Below are positions 59,401 to 64,000 of a stretch of DNA of 64,000 nucleotides, one piece after another. The translations under genes were made by a program, and so were the position numbers. The stretch comes from Verrucomicrobiales bacterium. Its GTDB lineage: Bacteria > Verrucomicrobiota > Verrucomicrobiia > Verrucomicrobiales > V1-33. The notes below the pieces were generated by a model, which was not told the DNA's origin, ran no database searches, and saw only the letters and a program-made list of their open reading frames with translations. Position 1 is the stretch's first letter; each line of letters opens with the position of its first letter. Location of the stretch: positions 1-64,000 of the forward strand of contig JANOAV010000204.1 of assembly GCA_031411295.1 (NCBI GenBank), written 5' to 3'.

Positions 59401-62080
59401 CGATCTCGTTGCGACGGGCGGTAGCATTCACTGGCAATGTCAGCTCGGCTGCTGGCGGAGCGGCGGGTGGTGTGAAGTTTTGCGATCCCGAGACTGGGAG
59501 GAAGAAGCCTTTGATTTCTCCATTGGGATAGGCTCCCGTGTGAAGATTCAGGTAGGCCTGTCCGGATTCGATGGAGGCTACAATCGTCGCGACGGTTTCA
59601 TTTCCGGTGGGGACGAATTCCCAAGTATATTCGCCATTGGCGGCAGGGGTGGCGGTATCGATATCGAACATGATGGCACCCACGGGGCCTGGCACGTTGC
59701 GCGCATCGTGGATATGCTGGTTGGTGATGGGACCGGTTAGGTTGGCGTAACTGTAGGTGAGATAAGCGGTCGTTTTCGCTGGGTTGACGCGCAACAACGC
59801 GGTGCCACTGCCGAGGGTGGCCGCCCCAGCTTGAGGGGTTAGGCTGGCGATATACAACGTGCCGTCTGCTCCGCCCACGCTGTTGGAAAATGGCGTTAGA
59901 GCGTAGCCGGGGATGACTTCTGGCACCGTATCTCCCGGCTTGATCCACGCGATACTGAGATGGTCATTGCCAGTCGTTTCCCGGCGGATCACCTCGAAAT
60001 AGTAGCTGTCCCCGGCTTTCATTTTCATGAGATAGGAACCCTGAGAGACCTGGGTGTTGTAGGTGCCGGGATTGATCGCATTGGCTCCGTTGATGATCCA
60101 GGAACGTTTCAGCGCATGGGCCAGTTCCTTGTTGGAGGAGACCCAGAGTTCCACGTTCTCATCTGAACTCACAAGGAACTGATAATTTCCCGAGATGGGC
60201 GCGGTAATGAAGCCACGAATCCGGTCCCCGAAATTGTCGGCGGTGTTGGAGGTCGTTTGCAGGGAAGTGATATTCTCCGTGGTGCTGGCTGCGGTCCAGA
60301 CCGGGACCGTGGACACGCCCGTGCCTGCTAGTGGCGTGGTCCAAACTTCACGCGTAATATTTCCACCAGTGCCAATCACTTGCAGGGCCAGGTTCCGCGC
60401 GTCGCTCCCGCCGCCATTGCTGGCGATGATCGTGACGAAATAAATCCCAGGCGTGGCCCCAATGGTTCCGGAAATGATGCCCGTGGTGGGACTCACAGTC
60501 AGCCCCAGTGGCAGGCCTTCGGCGGCATACGCTGTGGGCGTGTTCGATGCGGTAATGGCGTAAGTAAACGGAGCAGCCACCAAGCCCAGCGTCAGCAGCG
60601 GACTGGAAATCACGGGCTTGGTGCCGATGAATCCTTCGCTGGTTAGGGCGGACACGGGAATTGTCTCCTCTGGAACGTCAGGAGCTGACCAGCGGATATC
60701 TATGTTGGCATCTGGATTGGTGGCCGAGTCCCTATAGTCAACGCGGAAGTAATATGGTCTTCCAGCCTCCATTAGGTAACTGCTGACTTCACTGCTGGAA
60801 ATCATGTTATTGCTGTAAACCGTGGTTGGCGATGTCGTAGTCCAAGCGTTAATCCGCTGCGAATTCGTGTTATTTGTCGTAGTAATTGGGTTTTTACTAA
60901 CGTAAACGGTGACTCCACGGTCTGCCTTGGCAATAATCTGATAGATTTGATTTGACTTTGGAATAATGAACCCAGTCCATTGTGCCCCCCAAACGTCATC
61001 GTTTATCAGCTCCAGAGGTGCACCAGTTGCCGCGTAATTGATAGTGGGATCGCGACGTGTCAGCGCCAGTTGCGCAGGATCAAAGTTTCCACCCGTAGCC
61101 GGCGTAAAATTATACGTCCCGGAACCGAAGTTGAAATACTGCCCGATCAACCCCTGACTTACAATCGTAACCGTGGCCGCGCTCTGCGCGCCAGCCGTAT
61201 AGCCAGCGCCTGAGTTCAACGTCATGACAATTGTTTCCGCGTTCTCCAGCACCGCATCCGCCAGTGCAGTCAGGCTGATGGTGGCAGTGGATTGGCCGGT
61301 GGCGAAGTGAACCACGCTGGAAGCATTCGTAATTGTATAATCGCTGGCCAGCGTGGCGGTGCCCGAGCGGGTAAATGTCACGTCCAGCGGCTGGAAACCA
61401 CCGCGTCTCACAAAGGTGAACACCCCCTGCTTCGGCTCACCCTCACGCATCCATTGCTCAGTGGCATAGACGTTTACCACGTTAGCGCTGCCCGCAATGG
61501 CAGCCGCCATTTCCTTGTCGCTGCGGCCATCGCCATCCGTGTCATAGGCCAGCGGGTTGGTGCCTACTTGCAGTTCCTCCCAGTCCGTGACGCCATCACC
61601 ATCCGTGTCTTTGTCAGTCACCTGAACGCGCAGGAACATCCGGCTTCCCGTCGTGGGACACGCCGCGGTCGCATTCCCCCCGGTTCCATCCGTGGCGGGA
61701 CCTTCGTTGGCCCAAGTGCCACTGAGCGATGACGATGCCTGCATTTGGTAAACTTTCCCGACCACCGTCTTCCAGGTCCCGTTGATGGTAGTGGCTGTTT
61801 GAGTCACGTTAGTGAATCCCAGCCGATCCTTCGAATCATTGAGGTTGGTGCCCGCAATGGATTCCGATTCATTCGTCTCCCCGTCGGAATCATTGTCGGC
61901 ATTGGGCGAGACCCCACTGATGCTCCCAGTAAACAGCGCCTCATAGACATCGCTGATGCTATTACCATTAGAGTCCAGGCCCACAAACGTTTCCCCAGGG
62001 TGAGCGGAAGCAGGAACAATCGCAAGGGCCAAGGCAGCAGCAAGCACCGCGGAAGAACGGAGGAAGTTACGTAGAGTCAT
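56492..62080 (-). CDS. Large DUF1800 protein with Calx-beta, PA14, Ig (He_PIG-like) and CHRD domains
   Basis: RFLQQSTFG, DQLRWRVAYALSQIMVVS, PNENYAREIMQLFSIGL, HPNTGPF, SVFNF-like TVFNFYEP; CHRD YLNLHT..YPNGEIKG; upstream of DUF1501. Confidence 0.92.
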   Translation of the reverse strand: MTLRNFLRSSAVLAAALALAIVPASAHPGETFVGLDSNGNSISDVYEALFTGSISGVSPNADNDSDGETNESESIAGTNLNDSKDRLGFTNVTQTATTINGTWKTVVGKVYQMQASSSLSGTWANEGPATDGTGGNATAACPTTGSRMFLRVQVTDKDTDGDGVTDWEELQVGTNPLAYDTDGDGRSDKEMAAAIAGSANVVNVYATEQWMREGEPKQGVFTFVRRGGFQPLDVTFTRSGTATLASDYTITNASSVVHFATGQSTATISLTALADAVLENAETIVMTLNSGAGYTAGAQSAATVTIVSQGLIGQYFNFGSGTYNFTPATGGNFDPAQLALTRRDPTINYAATGAPLELINDDVWGAQWTGFIIPKSNQIYQIIAKADRGVTVYVSKNPITTTNNTNSQRINAWTTTSPTTVYSNNMISSSEVSSYLMEAGRPYYFRVDYRDSATNPDANIDIRWSAPDVPEETIPVSALTSEGFIGTKPVISSPLLTLGLVAAPFTYAITASNTPTAYAAEGLPLGLTVSPTTGIISGTIGATPGIYFVTIIASNGGGSDARNLALQVIGTGGNITREVWTTPLAGTGVSTVPVWTAASTTENITSLQTTSNTADNFGDRIRGFITAPISGNYQFLVSSDENVELWVSSNKELAHALKRSWIINGANAINPGTYNTQVSQGSYLMKMKAGDSYYFEVIRRETTGNDHLSIAWIKPGDTVPEVIPGYALTPFSNSVGGADGTLYIASLTPQAGAATLGSGTALLRVNPAKTTAYLTYSYANLTGPITNQHIHDARNVPGPVGAIMFDIDTATPAANGEYTWEFVPTGNETVATIVASIESGQAYLNLHTGAYPNGEIKGFFLPVSGSQNFTPPAAPPAAELTLPVNATARRNEIVRFLQQSTFGARDDSDGVSPWDSDSIQAVEALGYAGWLDAQIALSPGPNPEVVIPQTLVPRIEYVDPSVQVPTLIPSGTSTGYNGSGPMAAIVMNHYEKFPLSNVSNVGSEYESADEIWRAWWKTAVKADDQLRWRVAYALSQIMVVSEDGELQSMSRTIVHYNDLLHYYALGNFRDLLEHVTLNPAMGRYLDMLGNLKPNLATGYIPNENYAREIMQLFSIGLRRLHPDGTMVLDGAGLPANTYEQPEVVGLAHVFTGWNFPGNGSDYVTPMRVNTASNHDFTEKQILENTVIPAVVSGGSQTATQADTELKIAHDVIFHHPNTGPFVCRQLIQRMVTANPSPAYVYRVAKVFADNGSGVRGDLAAVAKAILLDSEARNQAPRTLAGFGHIKEPVVRGTQILRALKGFSYGETNYGSVNFRGMVSVSPNTNIDVTQPLPNNTYTRVGNRALYSGDIVRLTNQSPATDNGYYVFNGPGVALTLTASTASVATYSTDIANLATGIPTSQYPSIEGIPLSNGCLILLRNQTNAVENGVYVMATVGAPLTRWSKMDAPAEFNGARVTVAAYRDPTTLAYSNKTFEQTNAVTTVGVSPVAFIDSSATTGGKQAWNIGSTGGGSLQQTPLRASTVFNFYEPDFVFAGDTGGNGLYSPEFQITNETSVATTANWMSELTRLNPADSTTPLSNGQGYDYGSTIKKDVKLDLTVAQTVASDGGALVDYLGTLLLPNQVTPQLRTLLANYLNSLPETLVPSNSSWKYFTDATGLGASNIVVGNGSYNTSNWKHPDFVDTSWTSSTAVFGYKVDAAGVTTNTGLSTIIPYGGVLTNKWISSYYRKEFTVTDAANIASLALRLKRDDGAIVYINGKEARRDNFTAGTTVTGTTVATTAGDDGAAFFETPIATNLLINGRNVITVEVHQTSVTSSDIYFDLDLKATRNGTAAGNLITPDRLNRVSEALYLLSLSPEFAHQN

Positions 62081-62235
62081 AGTCGGAAAGGGGGAATTCT
62101 TCAAAGTTAACGTCCGCGACATCAAATATCGGGACAATTTCGCGAGATATTCTCAATTTTATAGAGTTAGGGCAAGGTTAATTTAGTAACTAAGAGTGGG
62201 ACGTAGGATCGATTATACCGCGGCCTGCGGCCCTT

Positions 62236-62471
62236 CACTGGGAGTGGCGCGAGTCTCTCCGCCATCGGCAAGGCACCAGCCATGAGCGCCCCCGACCACA
62301 CCCAAGCGCTAGTCCTGCCAAGCGCATCGAAATGGCGGACGGAGTCACGCCACTCCCAGTGGTGGAGTCGCGCGAGCGGCGCGCGTCCCGCCGCCGACAT
62401 CATGCCGAGCAAATTTAAAGGACGCTTCCGGGAACGCGGCCAGCGTCGGCGGCTGGAAGCACGCCACTCCA
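62236..62471. repeat. Two adjacent REPIN-like inverted-repeat units
   Basis: CACTGGGAGTGGCG (62236) pairs with CGCCACTCCCAGTG (to 62361), with inner TCCGCCAT/ATGGCGGA. A second, degenerate unit at about 62364-62471 has GCCGCCGAC/GTCGGCGGC arms. Confidence 0.75.
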
Positions 62472-62648
62472 ATAAAGCCAGTGGAACAATCACTCCTGGG
62501 TGGGACGGCACGGCGGATTTTTGCGGCGGGAGGCCCGACACTACCATTGCGGAAGGCGATCCCATGCAGTCACGACCAGCACTTGCACAGTGGCGGCAGT
62601 TGGCAGATAGGAGATAATTGCAGCCCCACAGGGGCAACCTATGAACTT

Positions 62649-63944
62649 ATGAGTCAGCCAATCTTAATTCAATCCGCAACTGTCGTGCGAGCTTCCGGAG
62701 CCCTGGAGGTGGCCGATGTATTGTTGCAAGACGGACGCATCCGGGAGGTGGGGCCCAGCTTGAGCGCCCCGGACGGAACTCGATGCATTCCGGCCGCCGG
62801 CATGGTCTTGCTGCCGGGGCTTTTCGATACCCAGGCTCATTTGCGGGAACCCGGCCATGAGGATGCGGAATCCATTGCCAGTGGAGCGTTGGCGGCATTA
62901 CGCGGCGGCATTACCGGACTGGTGATGATGCCCGATACCAACCCGGTATTGGACAACGGCGGCATGGTGCAGAGCGTGCTGGATGTCGCTTCCAAGGTCC
63001 CGCAGAAACTCGATTTTTTTGTCGCTGGCAGCATTTCCAAGGGCCTGAAGGGCGAAGAACTGGCCGCTATCGGAGAAATGCAGTTGCGCGGGGCGGTCAT
63101 GATTACCGACGCCCCCAATGCCATTGGCAATCCGCAGTTACTCCGCCGCGCCTTGCAGTATGCTCGTGATTTGAAACTGCTGGTGGCCACGTCTTGCGAG
63201 ATCCCTGAACTCTCCGGTCAGGGCTCCATGAATGACGGCCGCACGTCGTATCGACTGGGTTTACCCGGCCTCCATTCCTGCAGCGAAGAAATCTGTCTGG
63301 CACGCGATATTCGACTGGCCCAGTCCGTGAACTCCACCATTCATATCAATCAAATTTCCACCGCCCGCAGCGTCGAAACGGTGGCCCGCTACAAGAAAGA
63401 GGGCATGGCCGTAACCGTGGGGGTTGCCCCGCACCACCTGATTTTCACCGAGGAGGACGTGGCCGATTACGATACGAATTTCAAGGTCAAGCCCCCACTC
63501 CGCACCGCCGACGACTGTCTGGCGCTCCAGCAAGCGCTGCGCTCTGGGGACATCGACGTCATCGCCACCGACCATGCGCCATTCACGGAATTCGAAAAAG
63601 AACGGGAATTTGCCAATGCTCCCTTCGGCATCATTGGCTTGGACACGGCCTTGGTGGCGCTCCACGATCGACTCATCTTACCCGGGCACCTCGATTGGAG
63701 CACCTTGGTATCCCGATTTTCCCGCCGCCCCCGCCGCTTGATCGGCCAGCCCGTGGCGGCCATCGAGCCTGGTCAACCCATCAACTGCGTGCTCTTCAAT
63801 CCGGCGGGCGCCACAACCTTTGATCGGGAAACGTTAGGCTCCAAGAGCATGAACTCTCCCTTCCTCAACCAAACCCTGCGCGGCCAAGTGACTCTGGTCA
63901 TGCTGCGCGACCAACTCCTCCTCGACCGCACTGGCGGTATCTAA
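62649..63944 (+). CDS. pyrC: Dihydroorotase homolog, probably catalytically inactive (PyrC'-like)
   Basis: HLREPG, GGIT..MMPDT.P, KVKPPLR, IATDHAP, APFG; several metal ligands are substituted. Confidence 0.85.
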   Translation: MSQPILIQSATVVRASGALEVADVLLQDGRIREVGPSLSAPDGTRCIPAAGMVLLPGLFDTQAHLREPGHEDAESIASGALAALRGGITGLVMMPDTNPVLDNGGMVQSVLDVASKVPQKLDFFVAGSISKGLKGEELAAIGEMQLRGAVMITDAPNAIGNPQLLRRALQYARDLKLLVATSCEIPELSGQGSMNDGRTSYRLGLPGLHSCSEEICLARDIRLAQSVNSTIHINQISTARSVETVARYKKEGMAVTVGVAPHHLIFTEEDVADYDTNFKVKPPLRTADDCLALQQALRSGDIDVIATDHAPFTEFEKEREFANAPFGIIGLDTALVALHDRLILPGHLDWSTLVSRFSRRPRRLIGQPVAAIEPGQPINCVLFNPAGATTFDRETLGSKSMNSPFLNQTLRGQVTLVMLRDQLLLDRTGGI

Positions 63945-63946
63945 AC

Positions 63947-64000
63947 ATGACCTACTCTGAAAAACTCTCTGCACGCATCGCCAAGACCGGCGGTGGCCTG
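63947..64000 (+). CDS. Partial gene, probably orotidine-5'-phosphate decarboxylase
   Basis: MTYSEKLSARIAKTGGGL resembles the PyrF N-terminus that precedes CVGLDP; starts 2 bp after the pyrC-like gene. Only 18 codons are visible. Confidence 0.45.
   Translation, partial: MTYSEKLSARIAKTGGGL

Overview
GC-rich bacterial chromosome segment, probably Verrucomicrobiota (inferred from a PEP-CTERM protein, a DUF1501/DUF1800 pair, a giant lamin-tail/CotH exoprotein and the REP-like repeat styles). The backbone carries purA, tRNA-Gln, rlmH, rph, tRNA-Leu, an FKBP PPIase, rfbD, putA, a pyrC-like gene and the probable start of pyrF. The most interesting part is an accessory block at about 36.1-43.6 kb. 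It holds an apparently complete retron: a structured msr/msd ncRNA closed by a perfect 12-bp inverted repeat (37277-37436) directly ahead of a YADD reverse transcriptase, with no recognisable canonical effector. Next come an orphan TPR 3' remnant, an NLR-like DUF4062/TIR-like + NB-ARC + TPR gene and an array of about 7.5 palindromic 42-bp repeats. Other oddities: a decayed two-gene operon at 0.55-3.3 kb, a solitary DNA methyltransferase at tRNA-Gln, a vapC toxin cut off by a convergent nucleotidyltransferase module, a phage-tail-fibre-like insert inside DUF1800, and a dihydroorotase homolog lacking most metal ligands. All family assignments come from motif recognition by eye; no searches or folding programs were run.
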